From Octopus sinensis (lineage: Eukaryota), in assembly GCF_006345805.1 (NCBI RefSeq), contig NC_043000.1, positions 4,650,001 through 4,714,000 on the forward strand: 64,000 bases of DNA, given 5' to 3'. Under the pieces are notes generated by a model. It saw nothing but the letters and a program-made list of their open reading frames with translations, did not search any database and had not been told where the DNA came from. Shown in pieces: positions 49,877 through 60,659 of this stretch (its first letter is position 1; each line of letters opens with the position of its first letter). The translations under genes were made by a program, and so were the position numbers.

Positions 49877-50250
49877 GGCACAGGCATGGCTGTGTGGTAA
49901 GAAGCTTGCTTCCCAAACACATGGTTCTGGGCTCAGTCTCATTGTGTGGCACCTTGGGCAAGTGGCTTCTATTACAGCCTTGGGTTGGCCGGAAATGAAA
50001 AGAAGTTCACTGTGTGTGTGTGTGTGTATGTCTTTGTGCCTATGTTTGTCCCCCCCCTCCACTGCTTGACAACCGGTATTGCTGTGTTTATATCCCTGCA
50101 ACTTAGCAGTTCAGCAAAAAGGACCAATAGAATAAGTACTAGGCTTAAAAGAGTAAAACTCATGGAGGCAATTCATTCGACTAAAAATGCTTCATGGCAG
50201 TGCCGTAGCATGGCCACAGTCTCATTATAAAAAAAAACAAAGATATAAAA
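49877..50250 (+). mobile_element. SINE family A, diverged
   Basis: GGCTGTGTGGTAAG head; tail GGCAGTGCCGTAGCATGGCCACAGTC. Confidence 0.87.
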
Positions 50251-50408
50251 GACAAGAGTGAGATGTGGATACAGCAACCAGCTGCATTGCGGGTTACCTG
50301 TTTGGGCAGGTAAGGGGTGCAGTAACTCTGAATAAGAACTAATAGAGAGGAACAGGGACACTTTTGTGCTTCCTCATGATACAACTTCTCTAATGCCAAA
50401 GCGCAATA

Positions 50409-50626
50409 CAAGGGGGTTGTTGAAAATTTCCAGGCTTTAAGGATATTGTGAAAAGCCTGGTTGAAGGCTCAACCTTTTGAGTTCTCTTACAAGGCTTAGA
50501 AAAACTGAAAGACAACTGCAATAAGCATGTGAATCTGAGAGTGGAATATGTTGAATAAAATCATAATTAACTGATCCTCCCGTATTTTCATTCATCCAAA
50601 ACCACAAATCTTTCAGCACCCCCTTG
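50409..50626 (+). mobile_element. mariner-derived MITE, 218 bp
   Basis: TIR CAAGGGGGTTGTTGAAA / TTTCAGCACCCCCTTG, TA on both sides; internal GLEKLKDNCNKHVNLRVEYVE* resembles a mariner transposase C-terminus. Confidence 0.88.
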
Positions 50627-51672
50627 TAAAACATTTAGTCCAACATCATAAAATATACACAAACTACAAAGTTGGGTGGTTCTTCTCTGTTACTGTGTGG
50701 GCAAGATGATGCAGACCACAGCAAGCGTCAAGATGCATCCAACCCATGCCAGCATGGGAAAAACAAGCAAAGAATTTTAAGATGACAATGATTACCACAA
50801 AATGCCTTCAAGAATTCACATGTAACACCAGCAAATTGTCCTCTTCTCGGCACAGACATGAAGAGCAGTTGCCTTTATGGTCACATGACAAACTTTAGCA
50901 AAATCTGAAAGGATACAAACTCCAAATGATTCAAATCTTAAAATGCCAAAATAGAAAACTTGTTATTTCCTGAAATGTCAGTAGAATATACTACACCAAT
51001 GTAGCAAGCTGATAGAACAGAGGAGAACTATATTTTGATGTTGTTAGCAATTAATATGCATTAGATAGATAGGTAAAATACCCCCATACTATCCAAGAAT
51101 GACCATGGGATTATATATGTAGCAAGGAGTAAGAGAATTTGTCTATGGTGTATTGTGATCATGTTGAATACCAACAAACAACCATTACTTTTCAGTGAAA
51201 AGTAACGAAAATAGGATTTTATTCCAAGTATACAAAATTTACTTCATGCATCAACAGAATAATAACCTAATGTTCCATTTCTATAACTTGCTGTGAGATA
51301 TATTTGAATGAAATTCCTCAACATTATTCTCCTTTGTTTATGAAAGATTCTAACACATGACCAGAACTAAATTAACAAAGATTTGAAGCATTTGTGGGTT
51401 GTTGAATAGTTTTTCAACAACAGTAAGATACTAAAGAATAACTGCAAATATTTTCTCTTGGCTCTTGAGGTTTCAATGACCAGCAATAAATGGGGTAAAG
51501 AAGGGCAGAGAACAGGCATCAGCAAAACAGCCGGCAGCAATCTAACAATGATTTAAACAGATTTGTAAAGGAAATATAGCAAGGCTGACTTTCATGGAAA
51601 TGTAATTTTGACACAATTGGCAAACTGGTGTCACCAGAACAACTGGATCAGACCAAATATTATGCTTCATAC

Positions 51673-52140
51673 ATCATCATCATCATCGTTTAATGTCCAT
51701 TTTCCATGCTAGCATGGGTTGGATGGTTTGACCGGGGTCTGGGAAGCCAGGAGGCTGCACCAGGCTCCAGTCTGATCTGGGAGTGTTTCTACAGCTGGAT
51801 GCCCTTCCTAACGCCAACCACTCCGTGAGCGTAGTGGGTGCTTTTTACGTGCCACCGGCACAGGTGCCAGGGGAGGCTGGCAGCGGCCAAGATAGGTTGG
51901 TGCTTTTTACGTGCCACCAGCACAGAAGCCAGTCAAGGCCACATTCAGATGGTACTTTTTACCTGCCACCAGCACAGGTATCACAACTACCATTTCCATT
52001 TGATATTTATTTTGATGTTGATATACTTGACTCAATAGGTCTCCTCAAGCACAGAAGGTCACGTGTCACCAGCACAGAAGCCAGTCAAGGCGGCGCTGGC
52101 ATCAGCCACGTTCGGATGGTGCTTTTTACATGCCACCACA
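51673..52140 (-). mobile_element. RTE LINE 3' UTR fragment (family B) with internal duplications
   Basis: (CAT)n tail; repeated GTGCCACCAGCACAG units. Confidence 0.88.
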
Positions 52141-52359
52141 ATATGATATATGACTTACTAACTGTATATCTAAAGACCTGAAATAATACATACTTATTTA
52201 TTTTAGTTACTGTATTTGAGTTGAAATAAATACACTGCCTTTGCTTCCATTAGTTTTTAGAATAATGAAGAATTTTGTAAAATAAATCTTGTCATTATTA
52301 AGCTGGTGTTTGGAACATAAATAAATCAAAGAAATTTTGATGGACAATTCTACTATAGA

Positions 52360-52584
52360 ATTCTGTTGTGTCTGGGGAGAGTCATTTTCTTGTTGTGCCT
52401 TATAATGTGACACACTCACTGGTAAAATTTCCACTCTTTTCTTATTTTTATTTTCCTAAAATTTTCATTGCATCTTGCAACCTTTTAGGAAAATAAAAAT
52501 AAGAAATAAGTGGAAATTTTACCAGTGAGTGTGTTACATTATAAGGCACAAAAAGAAAATGACTGTCCCCAGACACAACAGAAT
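52360..52584. repeat. Long near-perfect inverted repeat (MITE-like hairpin), ~100-bp arms and ~21-nt loop
   Basis: 52360-52461 is the reverse complement of 52483-52584 with few mismatches. Confidence 0.93.
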
Positions 52585-54018
52585 ATGCTTCAACACACAA
52601 ACTCTTAAAAAGAATCTTGCAAACCAAATCCAAAAATGAAATCTACTATAGAAGTTTATGCATTTGTCTTGCAAGATTAAATCATTTTAATATAAGAAAT
52701 TTATGTCATAGGACCAGGAGCAGCTTCAGGTGGGTTCATGTCAAGAGGTTCAAGATTCAAAAGAGTGTGAATATATTTAACTCTTGTTGGTCTTGAATGA
52801 GTGTTCAATATTTAGCCACATTTAATGTGTTATGTGATGCAAAGTTTAATGTTTCATGGGGCATCTTGAAAACAAAAGGTAACTTTTGGTGATAATTTGG
52901 CTTCGATGGGGGTTAGCATATATGATTTTCAAGTTTACAAAAGCAGGGGCATTTGTCTTAGGGTTAACACAGAGGGAGGAGGACATGATCGGAGAATGGA
53001 TCAAGATAACTGGAATGTATATGTGTGTTGCAGGTGAGTAGACAGACAGACAGACAGATTGATGGATGGAAAAGGGACAGAAAATAGTAGAGGAGTGTTT
53101 CTTGCTTCAGTCAAATATAACATTCATGAAAATGCAGCAGCTTGTTTCAAATGATTGGTAAATCTTGGAGTTTGATTTAAATGACACACATTGAGACACA
53201 AGAAATCCTGTTTGACAGGTAAGGAAAGAGGAGCAATAAGCAGTAAAAATTCATCGACCCCCCAAAAACATAAGGACAATATAATTAAACAAATGAAATC
53301 GTGAAATGCTTAAGGATGTAATTACATCTTAACAATGAAATAACCTACTTATGCGACAAAATATTTACTAGCTCACAGTTAAGTCAAGGTGAGTTAACCT
53401 ACAACTCAGAAATAAATATACATTTGTTTTTAAGGCAAAAAATAAAATTTATGAAAATAAAAATAAAATACAAACGGGACATGAATAATGCAGGATATTA
53501 CAAGAACAAAATGATTATTTGAACTGTTTGGAAATGGCTGATTTGGTGGGGTTTTTTTAAAATTCACTCATTTGTGGTTTTTGTTTTATTTTTGTTTTCA
53601 TTTTGTTCAAATATTGTTTTGTTTTTTTTCTTGTCTATAATAATCATGGAGGACGAGAACAAGGAAGAATTAAATTAAAAGGCAACAAATATAAAACAAT
53701 TTTCAATCAGTATAAACACAAAATAAATAGTTTGTTTGTTTGAGTTGGTAAATTAAGTTAAGAGTACTTACAGGGTTTTATAGTTAATAAAAATGTCACA
53801 AGTAAATTGAGCGGTTTTCAGAATGCATTTGAAATGCAGAGAAGGCACAAAGCCAACAATTCTATTAAAGGGAAAGGATTATGGGGAGGTGGGGAAGGGA
53901 TAATGAAGTTATGCGATCCTCGTACCTGTACCAAGGATACTAAGTGACAAAATAACTGATGTGAAATGGCAACAACCAGGAATCAAATTTAGTTTCAGGT
54001 GATTGATACTCTACCTTT

Positions 54019-56229
54019 TCAACACTGGACTAATTTGGGAGTTGGAGTGAAAAAATACATAGCCATCAGTACAAGGTAGATTAAGAGGAGGGCTGATCCT
54101 TGGAAATAGTTACTGCGTCCATCTTGCAGTGTGTAGTTCATGACGATTACCGAGAAGATCACAGAAAACATATGAACATCACTGAAGATCATGTAGAGTT
54201 TGAAGGAATAGATGAGATCAATGAGAATTAATATGGGCACCTGCAGGAGACAACACTGAATGGCAGTGTTCATTGCAATCTCTATTCCCATGGCAACATT
54301 ATTTTGTAATGCAAACTGGATACCGTTAACAATCTCTGGCAATTCAGGTAGAACTGCAATCAAGGTGACTCCGATAAAGTATTCAGATATGTGCAATGAC
54401 TGCATCAGTGGTTGGATGTTATTGGCCATGATATCAGCAAGAAGAGATATGAGAGCTGTACAGGCGAACAAAATAAAGATACACTTCAGCCGGGACCACT
54501 GAGGAGAACCATGTCGGTGAGAACGATGGGACGAACCTTCTTCAGCCATCTGATTGTAGAAGTCATGGTATACGTGGCCAAAATGTGTTTTCATGCTGAA
54601 GATTAACCCAATGAAGTAAGAAATTGGAAGCAAAAGGGCACATGTATAGACAAGAGGCTGGATGTGGTTGTCATAGAGAGTTGTGTCACCATCTAAGCCA
54701 AACAAAGACTGGCTGCATTCCGAACACTGCATACCGACAGAACCATTTGAGATCGTGCTCGAAGTACTGTTAATAGGAATCCAAGGTTCGACCTTCTCAC
54801 ACTTGGAACAATGGAGATCGCCATAGATAGCTGAAAACAAAGTCGGTGCAAAAACACCAGCAACTGACACAAACAGCAAGGAAGCCCCGACGCTTGTAGA
54901 ACGGGGATTAAATCTTTGCGTTTGATATTTGAGACCACCAATCACCATGCACAAACCGGGGATTAACAACATAGTGGCCAATATGGTACCAGCTACGGCA
55001 GACTTGACCAGTTCTGGATAACAAGCGGAATTTTGCTCCTGCCCCTTCTTGAGAGTGATTACGTAGAGTATAACTTCAACAATGGATCCGAAAGTAGCAT
55101 TTAGTAAAGCTCCGACAGCGAAACTGCTCTGAGCTGATATGCTGGTGATGCCGGCGCCTATGTAATAGGTGAGCGGCACGATACCAAACAATGCCATAAG
55201 GCATTTTACCACGGGGGAGATCTTTTCTTGAGTATCGGCTAATCCCAAAACTAAAGCTGCAATAACAAATAGCAACAAATTAACAAGAATAACATTCATA
55301 CCGTCCACAGCATATTTGTAATAATAAATGTTCACTGATTGATGCGTGTACATGATAATTTCACCGTTCTGTTTCTTGCTGTTTGAAGGCATCACGTTCG
55401 AATTACAGACGTCCACTTGTTCCGGAGGTAGGAAGAACAGTTTTTGAATAGTTTTGATATTTATTTTAGCAATAGGTATGGTCACTACAAGCAACCAGGT
55501 AACGATAACTATTACAGAATGGCAAACGAATAAAACAGGCACTGCGATAATTAACCACAAATAGGTTTTCGGTTTAGTCCAGTACCTCCAGCGCTCTCGA
55601 CTTAGTTGTTGGGCAGAAAAACTATTTGAAAGAAGGCTCGTTCTCTCATCACTTTCTTGATAGTTTTCGGACAACTGTGAAGCAGTTACTTCACAAACTT
55701 CATCAGAATGTTCTAAAGGAGGAGGTGTATCCACTAAGTGTACAAAATAGCCAAACGGCCACAAAAAATAACGGGCCATCTTCATGCAGAAAAAGCCATA
55801 TGATCGTCCGAAATATGTTAGAAACATGACTATCGAAGCTATAACATAGACTAAAGAAAGCCACCATCCGATTAACAAAACATAAATTACATTGGTGGGT
55901 CTCAACGTTGATACCCGCACGGGTAGACTCGGTTTGTTTACATCGGAGTAAAGATTTTGAACTATTTCGGAACGATTTTCGACAGGCCTCGTAGAAATAT
56001 GACTCTTCCATTTTTTAAAACCAAACAAGTAATTATTTGTAATTCTATGCGCTTCTACATCATTTGGGACAATGATGAAAGCTTCATCTGTAGAATGCGA
56101 TGTATGAAATTCATTATTCATCATATTCCCATGTCCAGTCGGACTAGGAGGGGCACTTCTATGATGTGTTATCGGATTGGATTTTTCTCCGGCCAGAAAT
56201 GCAACTTCGAAATCTTCATCGATATCCAT
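54019..56229 (-). CDS. cax1: Type II cation (Ca2+)/H+ exchanger, CAX/VNX1-like, 736 aa, uninterrupted ORF
   Basis: N-terminal YccF/DUF307-like segments (NVIYVLLIGWWLSLVY...ARYFLWPFG); alpha-1 repeat LLNATFGSIVE; alpha-2 region PEIVNGIQFALQNNVAMGIEIAMNTAIQCCLLQVP; DGRSNYFQG near the C-terminus; many TM stretches; ACCATGG start context. Confidence 0.93.
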   Translation of the reverse strand: MDIDEDFEVAFLAGEKSNPITHHRSAPPSPTGHGNMMNNEFHTSHSTDEAFIIVPNDVEAHRITNNYLFGFKKWKSHISTRPVENRSEIVQNLYSDVNKPSLPVRVSTLRPTNVIYVLLIGWWLSLVYVIASIVMFLTYFGRSYGFFCMKMARYFLWPFGYFVHLVDTPPPLEHSDEVCEVTASQLSENYQESDERTSLLSNSFSAQQLSRERWRYWTKPKTYLWLIIAVPVLFVCHSVIVIVTWLLVVTIPIAKINIKTIQKLFFLPPEQVDVCNSNVMPSNSKKQNGEIIMYTHQSVNIYYYKYAVDGMNVILVNLLLFVIAALVLGLADTQEKISPVVKCLMALFGIVPLTYYIGAGITSISAQSSFAVGALLNATFGSIVEVILYVITLKKGQEQNSACYPELVKSAVAGTILATMLLIPGLCMVIGGLKYQTQRFNPRSTSVGASLLFVSVAGVFAPTLFSAIYGDLHCSKCEKVEPWIPINSTSSTISNGSVGMQCSECSQSLFGLDGDTTLYDNHIQPLVYTCALLLPISYFIGLIFSMKTHFGHVYHDFYNQMAEEGSSHRSHRHGSPQWSRLKCIFILFACTALISLLADIMANNIQPLMQSLHISEYFIGVTLIAVLPELPEIVNGIQFALQNNVAMGIEIAMNTAIQCCLLQVPILILIDLIYSFKLYMIFSDVHMFSVIFSVIVMNYTLQDGRSNYFQGSALLLIYLVLMAMYFFTPTPKLVQC

Positions 56230-56459
56230 GGTAAAACGATTCTTTTTTCTTTTTTTTTTTTCAGCGGCTTTGATTTGATGTCAACCAAAAATAAATAAAT
56301 CCCCAGAAGGTTAATCCGGTAGAAAATGAAAAGATAGAGTTTATCAACTAAATTGACTTCACAGCCTTACTTACGGTCGGTAGTTGGTCCAAAATCTGGA
56401 AGTATTTCTCATAAGAAAATAAGTCGCTCATTGCAGTGAGAGGTTTCAGTGGAACAAAA

Positions 56460-56800
56460 CAGTGAAGAGAGGCGGGTCCCGTTCCTCTCCATTCATTGAA
56501 AGTGAAACTGACGAACCGTCGACGACTGCATCATGTGACCAGAAACCAAAGTGGGTCGCCAACGACAATGGAATGTTGAAGATATCTTAATCAGCTAAAA
56601 TTATTTCATAGAATATATATATATAGCATTCATACTGTTTTATTTTTTATTTTTTTATACAGTTCTATTTTTTAAGTGGGAGATTATAAAATGTAAAAAA
56701 ACAAAAATCTGTAATTGGATATTTAGTCAGTCTAAGTCTAGTATTTACGACAACCGTAAACCGGATGTAACTAAAACTAAACACACCCACATGGCTTCGG
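56460..56800. promoter_or_regulatory. Probable promoter region of the CAX gene
   Basis: CpG-richer stretch 230-570 bp upstream of the ATG with GGCGGG (56471), TCATGTGAC E-box (56531-56539) and CCGGATGT ETS-like site (56761). Confidence 0.45.
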
Positions 56801-57122
56801 TTGTGAAAGGATTTGGGCTTCGTTGAGTATTAACTGTTGCATTTAACAGCTCCCACACACACACACGTACACTTATATATATATATATATTAATGTTTGT
56901 TTTTTGTGTTTTGTTATATATAAAAACAATTTAACAATAAACTGAAGGATTACTTAATACTTTTTCATAAAGAACATATTACTTATTAGAGCGACCGACT
57001 CGGAAAGAACGAGTACATTTCACTATTCAGAATAAACAGATTTATATTGATTTTGCTACTATATATATATATCGAAGCCAAACCAACACATCCTGTTCAG
57101 TAAATTTATGAAGCGAAATTAT

Positions 57123-57138
57123 CGACAGACAGACAGAC

Positions 57139-57177
<39 letters not shown>

Positions 57178-57190
57178 AAGGCAGACAGAC

Positions 57191-57227
<37 letters not shown>

Positions 57228-57228
57228 C

Positions 57229-57277
<49 letters not shown>

Positions 57278-57620
57278 CAGACAGAGATAGATAGATATGT
57301 TTCTTTATTAGCCACACAGGGCTGCACACAGACAGGACAAAATTACAAGGTAGAGCTTTTCTTTTGGGGGTAAAAGAAGGGGGTTTGGTTTTCGATCAAA
57401 AGGGATCGTCAATGGAAAGAAAGAGGACAAAAAAAGGGGGGGGGTAAAATAAAATAAAAAAAAATTTTTTTAAGGGGTGGGGAGGAAAAAAAATTTGATC
57501 AATAGGGATCGTTATCACAGAAATGTCAATATGAAGTGTAAAGGGGAGGACAGGTGAGGTTTACCCGTGGAAAGAAAAGCCTACGGAAAAGACCACGGTA
57601 ACCTCGGTCAATGAAGTCAC

Positions 57621-57683
<63 letters not shown>
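57123..57683. repeat. (GATA)n/(GACA)n microsatellite split by an insertion
   Basis: Arrays at ~57123-57297 and ~57620-57683. Confidence 0.95.
57299..57620 (-). mobile_element. Retroposon 3' UTR fragment (Tx1/L1-type by inference) inserted in (GATA)n
   Basis: Ends CCCTGTGTGGCTAATAAAGAAA; shares TTCTTTATTAGCCA with the Tx1-like end at 19063. Confidence 0.6.
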
Positions 57684-57742
57684 TGTTGATGCAAACAGAA
57701 AAAAAAAGAACTCAAAATATGAATATATGTATATTTTTATTG

Positions 57743-57856
57743 ATATTTAGCAGAAGTAACAGAGTGACTCAAAATGCGAGAGTTTCAAGCGTTACCTATT
57801 AAGTGTCACCGTACGAAACACACGGACCTTGAGTCACTGTTACTACTGCTAAATAT
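57743..57856. mobile_element. Small MITE-like inverted repeat
   Basis: ATATTTAGCAGAAGTAACAGAGTGACTCAA ... TTGAGTCACTGTTACTACTGCTAAATAT. Confidence 0.75.
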
Positions 57857-58140
57857 TAAAGAGTTGGTGAAGTTTTCACGTCCTTTTATGCCTTTTTTTT
57901 ATGTAGAAATATTCACAATTAAGACACTTTTTTTTTTGTAAATAAGCGAAAAAAATTTTTTTTATATGATGGTTGGGAACATAATATAGAAATTACTAAT
58001 GTTTCCAGGGTTTTAAGTGGAAACTTCATTTTTAACCACTGCCCTTGGTTTTTTAATTTCTTCGGTCATGCCCATCTCATCTGCGCGTGTTCATTTTATC
58101 TTTTCAACAAATGTCAGTTTTTTTGTTTTTTTCACGCCGC

Positions 58141-58180
<40 letters not shown>

Positions 58181-58332
58181 TCGGGGTGAGTACTTGATAA
58201 TTGTAAGCACCTGTATATACCGTTTGGTGGTGTAGGTGGTGGAGTAAGTTAGGCATCATGTTTTTATTTTGATTAACTATATATATATATATATATATAT
58301 ACAGACAGACACACACGCACACATAGATATAT

Positions 58333-58383
<51 letters not shown>

Positions 58384-58497
58384 GTAGGTAGGTAGGTAGG
58401 TAGGTAGATAGAGAGAGAGGGGGGAGGGAGGGATGGACGGACGGGGGAAACTTTTCAATAGAAAACATTCTTATCTATTTATCAATCTATCTATCTT

Positions 58498-58547
<50 letters not shown>

Positions 58548-58905
58548 AATCTATCTATCTATGTGTGCGCGCGTACACACATTACTTTTGTCTATTTTAT
58601 ATGGGTTTTTGTCATTGGACTGCGGCCATTCTGAGCCCTACCTTCAAAAGTTTAGCTGATCATATCTGCCCCAGTTCTTATTTGAGTCTGAAACATTTAT
58701 TGATGCCTATTTAACAAACTGCTAATTTACCGGACGTAAACGAAATCAGTTTTAAGTAACGTAAACTTCTCTCTCTCTCTGCATATATGTGTGAGTGTGG
58801 CTTTTATATTTATAGTCTGTTTGTGTATGTGTGTATGTATACATACATATATATGATTATATGTTTATATATTAATAATGGTATGCATGCATGTGCGTAT
58901 GTATG

Positions 58906-59047
58906 CACTAGCAGCATAATGGGGGTGGCGGTAAGGGCGGTTCGCCCCGGGCTGCACTTTCAAAGGGGCGGTACTTTTGGACCTGCAGTAGGCAATACGT
59001 GCTTTTTGTGGGATCCGGTTGCGGCATACACTGTAGCTACGCTAGTG
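58906..59047. mobile_element. hAT-type MITE, 142 bp
   Basis: Ends CACTAGC...GCTAGTG; 8-bp flanks TATGTATG / TATGTATT (7/8 match). Confidence 0.65.
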
Positions 59048-59113
59048 TATGTATTATGTTACAAATGTACTTATGTGTAGTGGATCCTGAAGAGGATTCG
59101 ATCCACCATAGCC

Positions 59114-59546
59114 AAATTTGGCAATCTTTCGTCTCTAGTAGACCTTTCCGTCGATTTCCGTAAAAAACTTCTTTTTTTTTACATATGGGCTTGCGGGAAC
59201 TTTTGAAGTAATGAGAGCGAAAGAGACTAAGAGAAAGCGATTGTATGACGAGGGAAGTTCTTTTGAAGTTACCGTGCATGGAAAGTATTGATGTACATGT
59301 GTGTGTGTGTGTTTGATGGGGTGTGGAGACAGACAGTATGTTGTGTAAGTGAAGTGCTTCTGTTAGTGTGTGTGAAGAGACAGAGTAATGTGTGAAAAAA
59401 AGAGATAACTGAAATTTTTTACTCGGTGTATGTGTATATGTATGTATATTACTTCAAAAGTTCCCGCAAGCCCATATGTAAAAAAAAAAAAACTTTACGG
59501 AAATCGACGGAAAGGTCTACTAGAGACGAAAGATCGCCCCAAATTT
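59114..59546. repeat. Foldback-like element: ~99-bp inverted arms (59114-59212, 59448-59546) around a 235-bp spacer
   Basis: ATCTTTCGTCTCTAGTAGACCTTTCCGTCGATTTCCGTAAA...ACATATGGGCTTGCGGGAACTTTTGAAGTAAT and its reverse complement. Confidence 0.92.
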
Positions 59547-60294
59547 CAAGTAACAGTTCAACAGAACTTTTCTGACGATGGAACAATAGTTTTTCTGTGA
59601 CAGCAGTTTTACATTTGCCAGATTGCTTTAGCCACTTGAGCTTTTTAACCTTTTCAACTTTACCAAAATCTAGAATAGAGATAACAAGTAGCACCAACTA
59701 ATTCCATTGTTCTCAATGATATGTTTATCCTTCTGGATAGTTATAAAAACAAGAACCCTTAAGCAAAAATCAGTTAGTCACTTGGTGACAACTCAGTGAG
59801 AACAGAGTCTGGCTGACAGGCGAAACAAAATGCCGTCGCAAAAACAAAAGTGCAAAGAGAAATCTATGGCAGCTTACCAATGGAGCAGTTGTTTCATCCC
59901 CCACTTTCGCACTTTCACTAACCCACTTTCTCTTCTCTACATATTACCATATCTCTCTCTATGGTTTACTACTACACTATGAATATACAGGCTGAACTTA
60001 ACTTTTTTACTTTCCATGCTCTACGATTTTATCACCTGCCCGTCGAGGTAAGGTATTGTATAATGTAACGATGAAATAAATATTTTCTTTACAACTTCAT
60101 TCACTGTTCTTTCATCTTTACATAATGGCAATCAACGAAGAAGCAATCCTTATAAACACATTACATTATATCCTATTGTGTATCAACTATCGTTTATCAT
60201 ATTATTGTTTACTAATTAACCCAACCGTTACAAACTGGTGATCCCAACATTGTACCATAACAGGCATCGTTACAAAAATAATCTTCATCGTTAC

Positions 60295-60495
60295 ATATGT
60301 ATGCATGCATGTATCTGTTATGTATGTATGTATGTATGTACGTACGTGTGTATGCATGTACATATGTATGTATATGTATGTATGTACGTACATACATATG
60401 TATGTATGTTTGTTTGTATGTATGTATGCACATTTGTATATATGCCTGCATGCATGCACGCATGCATGTAGGTATGTATCTACGTATGTATGAAT
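60295..60495. repeat. Degenerate (TATG)n microsatellite
   Basis: Directly visible. Confidence 0.92.
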
Positions 60496-60659
60496 GTAGC
60501 ACACAGTTCTATACAGGGATTTTTGTATTTTTTCATAAACTAGGGGATGGCTACCGACATTAAGTTTAAGGATTATATAATGTACAAGTATAAAGAAAAA
60601 GTAAAGAAGAAAGGACTCATTATATTGAATGTTATCAATAATATCAAGAGGAAATAGGA

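Noticed and set aside
54019-56229. Microbial contamination or horizontal origin of the intronless CAX
   Set aside because: It is embedded among host SINEs and microsatellites and the protein looks like an animal type II CAX; a phylogeny would be needed to reopen this
56243-56265. Strong plus-strand splice-acceptor-like poly-T + CAG
   Set aside because: Equally explained as an A-rich 5' UTR just upstream of the minus-strand CAX ATG; no downstream plus exon is evident
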